DNA of 64,000 nt. Origin: Candidatus Latescibacterota bacterium (lineage in GTDB: Bacteria; Latescibacterota; UBA2968; GCA-2709665). The translations under genes were made by a program, and so were the position numbers. Shown piece by piece: positions 19,601 through 28,749 of the stretch (the stretch's first letter is position 1; every line of letters begins with the position of its first letter). The stretch is from contig CBDCOX010000002.1 of assembly GCA_965219995.1 (NCBI GenBank), forward strand, positions 3,168,001-3,232,000, in the 5' to 3' direction. The notes below the pieces were generated by a model that was not told the origin of the DNA, made no database searches, and saw only the letters and a program-made list of their open reading frames with translations.

Positions 19601-21256
19601 TCTGCATCCGACGACGGCACGGTCAAGCTGTGGGACGCCGCGTCGGGCGCCGTGACCGCCACTGTCCGAGGGGATAAATGCCGGGCTGCGTGCGTGGCTT
19701 TTTCACCGGATGGCGCCAAACTCGCTTCCGGATGGACGGATCGGACCGTCACACTATGGGACATTGCGGGGGAAAGGACAATCGCTACGTTCAGCCGCCA
19801 TCGGGACTGGCTGTCCGCGGTTGTATTTTCTCCCGACGGGAAGACGCTTGCCTCCGCATCTGAGGATGGTGAGGTCTACCTGTGGGACCTGGCAACAGGA
19901 AACGCCACCGCCGTTCCCGGCCATACGGAATCGGTCTGGGGTATGGCATTCTCGCCCGACGGTTCCACGCTGGCTTCCCGCGCCGGCACAGCCAGGGGAA
20001 AAGTCAACCTATGGGACGTTGCAACAGGCTTGAAGACCGTCACCCTGGGCGGGCATGAGGGGCCGCTCAGAACGGTTTCTTATTCTCCGGACGGGGCGAC
20101 GCTGGCGACCGGATCGCATGACCGGACGGTCAGGCTGTGGAACCTGGACAGAAACAGCACCTTCGCGACGCTCCGGCATTCGAATGAGGTATCTTCGTCA
20201 TCGTTTTCTCCAGACGGAACGACTCTCGGTACCGGGGATTCCAAAGGGAACGTCATCCTCTGGGACGTGAATACGCAGCGGCAAATCAACGCGTTCAATG
20301 TCCTGGGCGAGAGAGTCACAACGCTTGTCTTTTCGCCGGACGGCGCTACCCTGGCTGCCGGAACGTACGGCGGTGAGGTGCGGTTGTGGGACGCGGCGAC
20401 GGGTACCGCGATCCGGGATCTGGAAGGACACTCTCAGTCGGTCCTCTCCATGACCTTTTCACGGGATGGGACAACACTGGCTACCGGCTCATTCCACGAT
20501 TCCGTCAAGGTGTGGAACCTGGCGACGGGAACCGCCGGCGCCGCGTTGAAGGGAAAATGGATGGATACTGTCACATTCTCCCCCGACGGTACGATTTTCG
20601 CCACCGGTACGCAGGAAAGGCTGGCCAGGCTGTACGACATGTCGACGGGCGACGTCATCGCCAGGATTGAAGGGCACCATCACTACGTCACCAGCGTGTT
20701 GTTCACTCCGGACGGCAAGACGCTTGCAACGGGATCGCAGGATGGGACAATTCTGCTGTGGGACCTGCAACGCCTTCTATCCCGACCTCAACTGCTGAGG
20801 CCGGTCTCAGGGATCCAGCAGAAAGCGCCGGCCGGGACGGGATTGGCCCAGCCGTTCGTGGTCTCCGTTCGGGACCAGAATGGCGAACCGTATGCCGGCG
20901 CCACCGTCACCTTTGTCGTTATTGCAGGCGGCGGCACGCTGTCTGCAACCACCGACACAACCGATGCCAATGGGCAGGCCGGGACCACCCTGACGCTGGG
21001 GCGCCAGCCGGGCGCGAACATCGTCGTCGCAACGGTAGCGGATCTCGATCCGGTGACTTTTCGCGCCGTCGCCCAGGCCAATCCAGACTTCGACGGCGAC
21101 GGTACGGTTGGCTTTGGCGATTTTGTGCTGTTTGCGGGGAAGTTCGGACTGAGTCGGGACGACGACGGATTTGAAGCGCGGTACGATCTGGACGGAAACG
21201 GTACGATCGGATTCGGCGACTTTCTGATCTTCGGGAACGCCTTTGGGAGGACGTAA
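16652..21256 (+). CDS. Secreted multidomain protein: metzincin-type peptidase, ~20 WD40 repeats, two Big-1/Ig-like domains, C-terminal dockerin/EF-hand-like domain
   Basis: Hydrophobic signal-like N-terminus; HELGHTFGLEH...IMSY; many GH..V..VAFSPDG..LAS...VRLWD repeats; SGDNQKG..NPLVVEVRDQ; PDFDGDGTVGFGDF...YDLDGNGTIGFGDF. Confidence 0.9.
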   Translation: MRNSIHRVPAVEGLSVSVFLAVALFISSASIGHASVRDGDGAPVCEPIDFSRAPLEGADVAGKRAFNLNTGDPRAVRVVYFVPADSLFRPAVEDSIRRAIRRIRTFYAEQMEAHGYGNRTFDVETGDDGAPRIHRVTGQHAEDRYAGDQRHSRVFSEIRQNFDTGANVYVAVIDYIRSPTARGGRRGKIGGEASVGGNFKWETVAHELGHTFGLEHDFRDGDYIMSYSNRQNRISACAAEFLSVNPYFNAGRSIDQAQPPSIELLSPRRYPAGSKSVLLQLRVEDPQGLHQVTLFATTSTIRPGFPRGYYEVTACRGLPNGTHAVVEFEYDGDIPSSSGSALPDTVAHPLHVKAVDKDGNVGRLSLDLVEISAHHVAALEGHRDRVESLAFSPDGSILASGSSDDAARLWDVAGREQLATLRQAGRIKSVSISPDGKTLASSSDDHTVKLWDLIERELISVLRGHKSPVNGVAFSPDGNLLASASDDHSVRLWDVAEREHTATLEGHASPVNGVAFSPDGNLLASASNDHSVRLWDVAEREQTAMLEGHASPVNGVAFSPDGNLLASASDDHSVRLWDIAKREHAATLEGHASPVNGVAFSPDGNLLASASDDRTVRLRDVAKREQLAILPHTDAFASVVFSPDGTILAAGSVTVELWETSGWRLPRAASLTTVSGDNQKGAAGDALANPLVVEVRDQYDQPLAGAQVTFTVIGGDGSVGSGFTTVTATAGPDGRAQIVLTLGPNPGKNTVEASIVGFEVQTFNAVGVGTPPVPGADRNYPTQHLPKNAIVRLGKGAIGRTDRAIGFSPDGKRFAVSSGVGVWLYSVDDLERVALLPSGIVQSLAFSSDGATIAAGGSWREHAEVRLWDAATGTNTATVDFESWGTIYLSLSPDGQTFAYPAGEGVIHRLDAATGRSAPPLEGDWSVGPSMSFSPDSTTIAVAHEDGTITLWDLAVPANSLTLEGHRREVVSVAFSPDGRALASASDDGTVKLWDAASGAVTATVRGDKCRAACVAFSPDGAKLASGWTDRTVTLWDIAGERTIATFSRHRDWLSAVVFSPDGKTLASASEDGEVYLWDLATGNATAVPGHTESVWGMAFSPDGSTLASRAGTARGKVNLWDVATGLKTVTLGGHEGPLRTVSYSPDGATLATGSHDRTVRLWNLDRNSTFATLRHSNEVSSSSFSPDGTTLGTGDSKGNVILWDVNTQRQINAFNVLGERVTTLVFSPDGATLAAGTYGGEVRLWDAATGTAIRDLEGHSQSVLSMTFSRDGTTLATGSFHDSVKVWNLATGTAGAALKGKWMDTVTFSPDGTIFATGTQERLARLYDMSTGDVIARIEGHHHYVTSVLFTPDGKTLATGSQDGTILLWDLQRLLSRPQLLRPVSGIQQKAPAGTGLAQPFVVSVRDQNGEPYAGATVTFVVIAGGGTLSATTDTTDANGQAGTTLTLGRQPGANIVVATVADLDPVTFRAVAQANPDFDGDGTVGFGDFVLFAGKFGLSRDDDGFEARYDLDGNGTIGFGDFLIFGNAFGRT
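18041..18530 (+). repeat. Four near-identical 126-bp tandem units encoding WD40 blades
   Basis: Units start at 18041, 18167, 18293 and 18419 (exact 126-bp period). Confidence 0.95.
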
Positions 21257-21445
21257 AATGCGGTGAGAGGGGAGACGGGAGACGGGAGATATTGTGTGCC
21301 CCGTGTGGTTTCACATCTTGCCCAAGGCATTGAGTAAGAACCAATGGGGCAAGGACGTCATCTAACGTCTACCGTCTACCGTCTCACCGGTGTTAACCTC
21401 TCCACCCAGCCCCCTCTCCCGGGGGGAGAGGGGGAGACAACCAGG
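21254..21445. mobile_element. Family A element (core X) plus partial W module
   Basis: Starts at the TAA stop of the WD40 gene (taaaatgcggtgaga); core nearly identical to the copy at ~16346. Confidence 0.82.
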
Positions 21446-21473
21446 CGTACATCATGTGATTTACGGAGGAAAC

Positions 21474-22202
21474 ATGGCATCGATTTCATCCGCACGTCGC
21501 CCGGCGGACGCCGTTGCCGAGGCGTTCAATCGCCACGGGTTCTACATCGCGAAGGGGCTCTATCGCCCACAGGAGATGCTGGACTGGAAGGCGCGCGTTA
21601 TCCGGATCCTCGAGGCGGGCGGTCACCTTGACAAGGACCCGAAGGGTAGCGGCGTCCACGTATTCATGGCGGACGTACTGGACCCCTTTTTCAGCGAACG
21701 GATGCAGGACGCGTGCGTGGCCCGGGTTCTCAACCGGATCATCGGTCCGAACGTGGAGTTTCTGAGCGTAAAGTCCGTCTACAAGGACAAATTCACCACG
21801 TTCGGATCGCCCTGGCACCAGGACTGGTACTACTGGAAGGGCGCGACCAAGGTTTCCGTGTGGATCGCCCTGGACGACGCAACACCCGAGAACGGCTGCC
21901 TGAAGATGATCGCCGGCAGCCATATCAAGCGGTTCAAGGTGAAACAGGTCAGGGCCGACAACGGGTTCGGGTGGCGCATCGGAAACGAAGAGATCGCCGG
22001 GCTCCCCGAGACCACGCTTGCCGTGAACCGGGGCGACGCCGTCTTCTTTCACGACCAGACCCTGCACAGTTCCTGGCCGAACACCACCGGCGCCGACCGC
22101 TGGAGCTTTATCTCCACCTACCGGGATGCGTCCGTGCGGGACGAGTCAACGGTCTGGACGCATCCGATGGTTGTCACCGGCGAGAGCGTGAACGCAGGTT
22201 GA
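21474..22202 (+). CDS. Phytanoyl-CoA dioxygenase (PhyH) family Fe(II)/2OG oxygenase
   Basis: PWHQD, VWIALDDATPENGCL, GSH, GDAVFF, LHSS, N...R. RBS ggagg. Confidence 0.92.
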   Translation: MASISSARRPADAVAEAFNRHGFYIAKGLYRPQEMLDWKARVIRILEAGGHLDKDPKGSGVHVFMADVLDPFFSERMQDACVARVLNRIIGPNVEFLSVKSVYKDKFTTFGSPWHQDWYYWKGATKVSVWIALDDATPENGCLKMIAGSHIKRFKVKQVRADNGFGWRIGNEEIAGLPETTLAVNRGDAVFFHDQTLHSSWPNTTGADRWSFISTYRDASVRDESTVWTHPMVVTGESVNAG

Positions 22203-22204
22203 AC

Positions 22205-23030
22205 CGACCTATCCCGCCTGCCTGGCGGCAGGCACCCTTTCCTGAAGGAAAGGGGAAGGCGGGTGCTCGAGGTTTTCGCGAAGGTGAACATTTGCCGGCG
22301 CAGGCAGACAGGAATGTCTGCCCCACCCTCAAAACGACGCCTTTTGCGTGACGGTCGGGAGAAGGCGTGACGGAAACACTTCGCTTATGGCTATTGCCAT
22401 ACCTGTCATTCTGAGCGAAGCGAAGAATCTCCCGTCTTCTGGATCGTCCTATACACAGCGACGCGGTAAACACATTGGCGCGGACACATCTTCCGCCCTC
22501 TAGCTTCATCCCATGCCACAGGAGATCCTTCGGCGGCCTGTCGTTCTCAGCGACATCGAAAAGCCCCTACCAAAACGTGGTCATTGAGCTTGTCGAAATG
22601 CCCGTATTCAGGCAGCCCGTAATGCATTCGCAATCCCTTCGCCGGCCCTTCGACCCTTCGACAAGCTCAGGGCACCGCATGCTCAGGGAACGGCTCAGGG
22701 CGCGGACACATCTTCCGCCCTCTGGATTCAATCGAATGACAAGAGGCAGGCAGACAGGAATGTCTGCCCCACCCTCACAGCGGCTTCCTCGATGTCGTGA
22801 CAAGCGAACGGGGAGTGAACGTACCGCCTGCCAGCCCGCGGCGAATGACAGAACACGCTCGGGTATCATGCCATGCCGCAGTAGATCCTTCGTCAGCCTG
22901 CCTGCCGATGAGTCTCCGGCAGGCACAGCGGCTTCCTCAGGATGACAGTTTGGGCGATCGGCCGGCATGTCATTCTGAGCGACATCGAAGCAGGCAGACA
23001 GGAATGTCTGCCCCACCCTCACAGAGGATT
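22205..23030. repeat. Large composite REP-like cluster (family B)
   Basis: Three ggcagacaggaatgtctgccccacc copies (22303, 22749, 22993), gtcattctgagcgaagcgaagaatctc, and cccttcgacaagctcaggg. ~22570-22700 is the reverse complement of ~51796-51960. Confidence 0.88.
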
Positions 23031-23035
23031 CCCGA

Positions 23036-25837
23036 ATGCCCGGTCCCCGAAATCTCATTGCAATCCTGAAGCGTCACGTGGCGCCGCCGGCCGCAAGGCC
23101 GTTCGCCGTTGACCTGGGCCTGGCCGCCGGCATCTTCTGCGCGTGGCTGGCTCTGTGCGGTTTTTCGCCCGTGGTCGCGGCAGCGGCCGACGAGTTGCGC
23201 CTGGCCGTGAGGACCGGCCCATACCGGCTGCAATGGCCTCCTCTTGGGCCGGCCGTCGTCGCTCTCGCGGCCCTGCTCCTGGCGTGGGTCCGCCATCGCA
23301 CCCCTTCATTACGATCGGCCCTCCAAGAACGCTTCCAGCGCGCAAGTTTACTGGCCGCCGCGCTGCTGGCCGTGCGTCTCCTCGCCCTCCTCGATCCGCT
23401 CGTCTACGTCTTTCCGTTCCTGACCATCCTCTGGTCGCCCCACTCGATGTGGGCGGTTGCGCTCGTCTTCCTCGGATACGTACATCTGCCACTCACGTGC
23501 ACATCCTGGTCCCCTCGAAAGACCTTTATCACGGCGGGCACCCTCCTCGTGGTGTGCCTGCCGATGTACGTACTCTACGCGCTTTATTTCTGCCAGGTCA
23601 CCATGCTCCACAGCGATGAGGGCCAGTACCTGAGGGTGACGCAGAGCCTCGTCCACGACGGGGACATGGACCTGGCCAACAACCTCAATATCGAGCAAAT
23701 CAAGGAATTCCACGTCAGGGACTTCGCCGTCAACAAAGCGTCCGCCGCTCCCGAAGGCAAGGTCCACTCTACCCATCCGATCGGCCTCTCTGTCGCCCTT
23801 GTGCCCGCCTATTGGTGGGGTCTGGAACAATGGCAGAACCCGCGCCTGGCCACGGCGCTGTTTATCGTATTGCTTGCAAGCATCTGCGTTCCCCTGCTCT
23901 ATATCTTTCTGATCCGGCTGGGCGGCAAGCCCTGGGCTGCGGTGACGGCCACGGGCATATTTGCCATTACAGCGCCGTACTTCTACTATTCGAACCAGAT
24001 CTACCCGGAAATTCCGGCCATCGCCATCGTCCTGGGCGTTCTCCTGGCCCTTGTTCACTGGCAGATCCCCGGCGGCGCGTACCGCTCGATTGGATGCCGG
24101 GAGATTCCCCTCCTGGCAGTACTGACCGCGCTGCTTTGTTGTCTGCCCTTTTTGCATCCGCGCCTTGTTCCACCGGGGCTCGTGTGCGGCGCTCTCGTTC
24201 TGTTACAGGCCTGGAAGAACCCGGGACGGTGGCGCGCTCTCTTCACAATCAGCCTGGTCGTCGCTGGAGGCCTTGGCGCACTCATAGCCTTCCACTATGC
24301 CTTCAGCAACGACTGGCTGGGGCCGCTCCGCCCCGGAAGCGGCGCATGGGGCGAGGACGCTCTCGATATTGCGATCTGGAAGATCTCCCTCTCAGGGCAC
24401 TGGTTACACGTCGGCAGAGGCATCCTCAACACGTCGCCCATTTACTTCTTCGCTGTGTTCGGACTGCTGACCCTTGTCCGGTTCCGAGATCGAAGGCTGC
24501 TGTTAGCCGCAATCCTGTATGCCGTCACCGCTGGCATCAACGGACTTCACACATTGTGGGTATTCGGGCACGACCTTCCCAGCCGCTTTATTGTAACCGC
24601 GCTTCCGGTGATTGTCCTTGGTTTGGCCCTGGGCCTGCCGCCCCTTCTGCGCCGGGCGTCCACGAGCTTCTTGACCGGGCTGGCCCTGGTGATCAGCGCC
24701 GAGAGCGTGCTTCACACGCTGACACTGCCCGAGAGTGGCTATAAGGGTGTAAATCTGCTAGGGCGCACTATCAATCATTTCTATCCAATTCATCTCCATT
24801 TCACCGAACCGGGCCTTCAGGATCTGCCACTGATCGATATAGGCTTCTGGGGATTACTCGCACTTGCGCTGCTCTTCCGTACCCTGCATTCCGGATTTCG
24901 GGCGGCTGTCATCGTGACAGTCGCCTTCGCACCATTCATTTGGGGTCAAACCGATAAACTGGTCTCCCGCCTGCAGAGTAGCAGGTCGCCCTATATGCCG
25001 CACCTCTCCGTTGCTGACACGCCATATTCATATTCATTCGAAGTCCGGTTGAGGGCAATAGTCGAGAGTGCTTTAAGCCCGGAAGGCACGCTTCGTGTGA
25101 GGCAAGGCCACACGCCAGCAGGTACGTTTAATTATTCACCAATGTACGATCCCTTGATCGGCGTACCCCACCGTGGCATTTACCAACTGAGATTTCGCGG
25201 CCTTCGGGTCAAGGCCCCGCCCGGCAAACTCGCGGGCTATCTGGCTCTTTCGCGAGGCTATACCGTACCGGCAGTTTCCAGATGGAACACCATATCGTAC
25301 CATCCGCTCTTCGGCGACGATGACGACGAAGACCTGTCACTCGCATTCGACATTGATGGGCAGCGCATTTGCTATATCCACGGGATTTATACGGGAACCG
25401 GCGAATTGTCCCTGGACGGTATTAAAGCCACCTTCACGCCCTTTGCAGAGTTGCCTGTTCCGAAAACCACTGAAATAGCCCGCATTGCCTATGAGACGCG
25501 TGAGGGCCCGATCAAGTTTGTCGGTAAGGTAGCCAACTTGACAAGAGGACAGTATCGGGTCGTGTTCAAGCTTACGGGTTCGACGTTCAAACGTCTTTTC
25601 GAGCGCTTCCCCGCACCAATCAAGACTGTCGTCTATGGTTTGCAAAAGCCCGCTCGCGTTCTGACACTGAGTACTCATCCCCCCTGGTGGCTGTCGATCC
25701 CCTTCGCGAACGATGGGCCATGGAATGTGCGATTCAGATTGGACCAAACCGAGGACGTTCAGATTACTCTGCAATACGACGGCGATCTGGACCTGACCGA
25801 AATGGTGCTATACAGGGAGACGTACGAACACCGGTGA
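23036..25837 (+). CDS. Large multi-pass membrane protein, GT-C/PMT-like, with soluble C-terminal domain
   Basis: Many TM helices; early-loop SDEGQYL...SLVHDGDMDL; YSNQIYPE; HPR; SRF. These motifs are typical of GT-C folds; function not certain. Confidence 0.65.
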   Translation: MPGPRNLIAILKRHVAPPAARPFAVDLGLAAGIFCAWLALCGFSPVVAAAADELRLAVRTGPYRLQWPPLGPAVVALAALLLAWVRHRTPSLRSALQERFQRASLLAAALLAVRLLALLDPLVYVFPFLTILWSPHSMWAVALVFLGYVHLPLTCTSWSPRKTFITAGTLLVVCLPMYVLYALYFCQVTMLHSDEGQYLRVTQSLVHDGDMDLANNLNIEQIKEFHVRDFAVNKASAAPEGKVHSTHPIGLSVALVPAYWWGLEQWQNPRLATALFIVLLASICVPLLYIFLIRLGGKPWAAVTATGIFAITAPYFYYSNQIYPEIPAIAIVLGVLLALVHWQIPGGAYRSIGCREIPLLAVLTALLCCLPFLHPRLVPPGLVCGALVLLQAWKNPGRWRALFTISLVVAGGLGALIAFHYAFSNDWLGPLRPGSGAWGEDALDIAIWKISLSGHWLHVGRGILNTSPIYFFAVFGLLTLVRFRDRRLLLAAILYAVTAGINGLHTLWVFGHDLPSRFIVTALPVIVLGLALGLPPLLRRASTSFLTGLALVISAESVLHTLTLPESGYKGVNLLGRTINHFYPIHLHFTEPGLQDLPLIDIGFWGLLALALLFRTLHSGFRAAVIVTVAFAPFIWGQTDKLVSRLQSSRSPYMPHLSVADTPYSYSFEVRLRAIVESALSPEGTLRVRQGHTPAGTFNYSPMYDPLIGVPHRGIYQLRFRGLRVKAPPGKLAGYLALSRGYTVPAVSRWNTISYHPLFGDDDDEDLSLAFDIDGQRICYIHGIYTGTGELSLDGIKATFTPFAELPVPKTTEIARIAYETREGPIKFVGKVANLTRGQYRVVFKLTGSTFKRLFERFPAPIKTVVYGLQKPARVLTLSTHPPWWLSIPFANDGPWNVRFRLDQTEDVQITLQYDGDLDLTEMVLYRETYEHR

Positions 25838-25863
25838 CGCGGCACACACCGCTGGACAGAAAA

Positions 25864-25927
25864 GCAGGCAGACAGGAATGTCTGCCTTACCCTCACAGCG
25901 GCTTCCCCAAGATGACAGTTCGGGCGA
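25864..25927. repeat. REP-like unit (family B)
   Basis: gcaggcagacaggaatgtctgccttaccctcacag matches 22990-23024 at 33/35 positions. Confidence 0.85.
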
Positions 25928-25948
25928 AGGCCTGGAACGGATAATCCA

Positions 25949-25978
25949 TTGACAAGGAAGGATGTGACGGGGTATTTT
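25949..25978 (+). promoter_or_regulatory. Putative sigma70 promoter of the nuclease/helicase pair
   Basis: TTGACA-N18-TATTTT. Confidence 0.45.
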
Positions 25979-25991
25979 TCGCAGACGCGCA

Positions 25992-28748
25992 GTGAAGACT
26001 GCACGCGGAGCCGAGAGAGCGGTTATGCCTGCAATGAAACCTGACACAAAGCCGCAACCAATGTTGCGCAGGACCGTGGTGGTGGAAGGCCGGTACGCCC
26101 GGCGATGGCACCAGACACAGGCGGCCATAAACGGAGAGCAGGGACTGCTGGTCATTCCCATGGAGGAGCTCGCGGCCCGTCTTGCCGGTGGATTCCTCCG
26201 GCCCATCCGGATCGACTCCCTTAAAGCCGGTGTGAGAGAGGCCACGGCCGCGGGGTCGCTGGGCGCGCTGGACCCGATCAAGGACCTGCCCGGTTTTCAG
26301 CGCGCCGCCGTCGCCAGCCTGTCCAAAGTGTGGCGGGCCGGTCTCGCGCTGGATGGGAGCGGAGGGCCCGCCGCCGGTTCTCTGAAGGCTCTCGAGCGGG
26401 ACGTGCGTTCCAGGCTGCCGAAGAATCAACTCCCGGCCGGCGAACTGGCGAATGCGGCGTTGGGGCGCGCGCACTACGCCTCCATCCTTTTCGGCCGCAT
26501 TGAGATCCATGGGCGCACCGAATTGTCGCCGGTGTGGAGAAAACTCCTGCTGCGGCTCAGCCGGGTAACGGACGTGGTCTGGGCGGCAGGCGCCAGGACG
26601 ACGCCGGACTGGCTGGCAGGATCGGATATATTGGTGACATCGTCACCGCCGTCGGAACCCTGTATCCGCGCGGTGTCGTGCGCGACCCCGCGCCACGAAA
26701 TCCAGGAAGCCCTGCGGTGGGCCCGGAAGCATCTGACGAAGGGAATTCCCGCCAACGAAATCGCGATTGCCGCGGCGTCTCCGGCCCCGTGGGACGATCA
26801 CGTGACGGCCCTGGCGCGAGCCGCGGACCTGCCGGTCCACTTCATCCACGGCCTGCCCGCTCTGTCCGTCCGCGAAGGTCAGCTTGCCGCGTCGCTCGCC
26901 GAAATCCTTCTGCGCGGGCTTTCGCGTTCTCGCATGATCCGCTTCGTACGGTTGCTGAGTTCGCTCCGCGAGCGCTTTCGCCCGTTGGAAAGCAAGTGGT
27001 GGAATCACCTGCCGCCGGAAGCCCCGCTGCTGTCAAGCGCCCTCTGGAAGGACGCCATCGCCGCATTGACCCCGGAGTCCTTTGCCGACGGTGTGGACCG
27101 GCGACCCCTGCTGTTGGAAATCATCGATGCCCTGCGACCCGGGCTGGCCGGCGCGGCGGAGACAGGCGAGGACCTCTTCCGTCGGGAAACACCCCAAGAC
27201 TCAGAAAGGACGCTGGAGATCTGGCAGAAGGCCCTGGAGGAGGGACCGCCGGCCGCCCTGGACGTGACGCTTGCGCGCCTCCGGGTTCACGACGATAGAG
27301 AACCGGGCGGGGCCGTTGCCTGGGGACCGGCGTCCGCCATCGCCGCGGCGCCCCGCCCATTCTGCTGGCTCGTCGGCCTGACGTCGCGCTCGTGGCCCAG
27401 GCGCGCCAGCGAAGACCCGCTGCTCCCCAATCACGTCATACCGCAGAACCAGCTGGATCCGCTGCCCATCCACGAATCGGACCGCCGCGATTTCTGCTCG
27501 ATCTGCACGATGGCCGACCGGCAGGTGGTCTGTTCCCGGGCGCGGCGCGACAGTGAAGGGCGGATCAACGGCGTTTCGCCGCTATACCCGCAGGACATCG
27601 AGGAGGAATTCCTCGCCCAGAGCCGAATCCCTGAACATGCCGCGAGCGAAGGCGATCGCCTGATGTCCAGACCGGATGAATTTGCGTCGATGCCGCTTGC
27701 CCGGTCCGCCGAGAAGACCTGGATCGATTGGCGCAGCGAGAAACTCACCCCGCACGACGGGATGATCAGGCCCGGGCATCCCATGCTGCTGCGTGCGCTC
27801 GACAGAACGCAATCCGCCACGTCGCTGGTCAGGCTGCTTCGAGATCCCCTGGGTTATCTGTGGACCTATGGTTTTGGCTGGAGCGCGCCGGAGGAAACGG
27901 ATGAGCCGCTCACATTGGATGCGCTCGCGTTCGGCGCGTTGCTGCACGAGTTCCTCGAGAAAGCGGTGACCCGCTTGGAAGCCTCCGAATCCGGCGGTAT
28001 TGCCGGCGCTTCCCGTGACGCGATCGTAAGCACCGTTGACGACGCGGGATCCGTGGTCGCGGACCGATGGACGGCGACGCGCCCGGTGCCGCCGCCCGTT
28101 ATCTGGCAGCGGAAGTGCGAAGAGGTGAGAGAACTGGCCGTGGCGGCGTTGACGCGAGACGAAATCCCGCTGCCCGGGCAGCGGACCTGGGCGGAAGTTC
28201 CGTTCGGCAGCGTTCGCGAGAAAGATTCCCCTGAAGCCGTGCGTACCGGTCTGCCCTGGGACCCATCCGCGCCGGTTTACATTGACGGCACGCAGATTCG
28301 TATCAGGGGTTATATCGACCGGCTCGACCTTTCGGGCGACCGGCGCCATGCACGTGTAACCGATTTCAAATCGGGGAAGTATCCAAGAAAAACTCCTCAG
28401 ATGCAGGGTGGCGCGGAACTTCAGCGATGCCTCTACGCCTTCGCGGTGAAGACGCTCATCGCGACTCTACCCGAAGTTGAGGCGCGCCTGGTCTATCCGC
28501 GCGGCAGCGAACAGGCGATGGTCCTCGACGACACAGAGGAAACGCTCGCGGAACTGGCGACGTACCTCAACGCAGCCAGGTCCCACTTCGTGGACGGCAG
28601 GACGCCAAACGGCCCCGCCGCGGGGGAGCGTTGGTACGCATTGGCCTTCGCGCTTCCCGCCGGCGGGAAGAACAGCTATCTGAGTATCAAACGACCGCTG
28701 GCGGAGCGGGCGCTGTCCCCCCTGCCGGTCCTGTGGGAGGCTCCCTGA
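25992..28748 (+). CDS. PD-(D/E)XK nuclease with degenerate helicase-like N-terminus (AddB-like); true start may be a downstream ATG
   Basis: C-terminal SATSL...DP, GALLHEFLE, AEVPFG, GYIDRLD, VTDFKSG, ELQRCLY. No Walker A. Confidence 0.82.
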   Translation: MKTARGAERAVMPAMKPDTKPQPMLRRTVVVEGRYARRWHQTQAAINGEQGLLVIPMEELAARLAGGFLRPIRIDSLKAGVREATAAGSLGALDPIKDLPGFQRAAVASLSKVWRAGLALDGSGGPAAGSLKALERDVRSRLPKNQLPAGELANAALGRAHYASILFGRIEIHGRTELSPVWRKLLLRLSRVTDVVWAAGARTTPDWLAGSDILVTSSPPSEPCIRAVSCATPRHEIQEALRWARKHLTKGIPANEIAIAAASPAPWDDHVTALARAADLPVHFIHGLPALSVREGQLAASLAEILLRGLSRSRMIRFVRLLSSLRERFRPLESKWWNHLPPEAPLLSSALWKDAIAALTPESFADGVDRRPLLLEIIDALRPGLAGAAETGEDLFRRETPQDSERTLEIWQKALEEGPPAALDVTLARLRVHDDREPGGAVAWGPASAIAAAPRPFCWLVGLTSRSWPRRASEDPLLPNHVIPQNQLDPLPIHESDRRDFCSICTMADRQVVCSRARRDSEGRINGVSPLYPQDIEEEFLAQSRIPEHAASEGDRLMSRPDEFASMPLARSAEKTWIDWRSEKLTPHDGMIRPGHPMLLRALDRTQSATSLVRLLRDPLGYLWTYGFGWSAPEETDEPLTLDALAFGALLHEFLEKAVTRLEASESGGIAGASRDAIVSTVDDAGSVVADRWTATRPVPPPVIWQRKCEEVRELAVAALTRDEIPLPGQRTWAEVPFGSVREKDSPEAVRTGLPWDPSAPVYIDGTQIRIRGYIDRLDLSGDRRHARVTDFKSGKYPRKTPQMQGGAELQRCLYAFAVKTLIATLPEVEARLVYPRGSEQAMVLDDTEETLAELATYLNAARSHFVDGRTPNGPAAGERWYALAFALPAGGKNSYLSIKRPLAERALSPLPVLWEAP

Positions 28749-28749
28749 G

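Noticed and set aside
21254-25927. Integron cassette array (genes separated by repeats)
   Set aside because: No recognisable attC RYYYAAC/GTTRRRY boundaries, no integrase, and repeat-bounded genes across the window lie on both strands.
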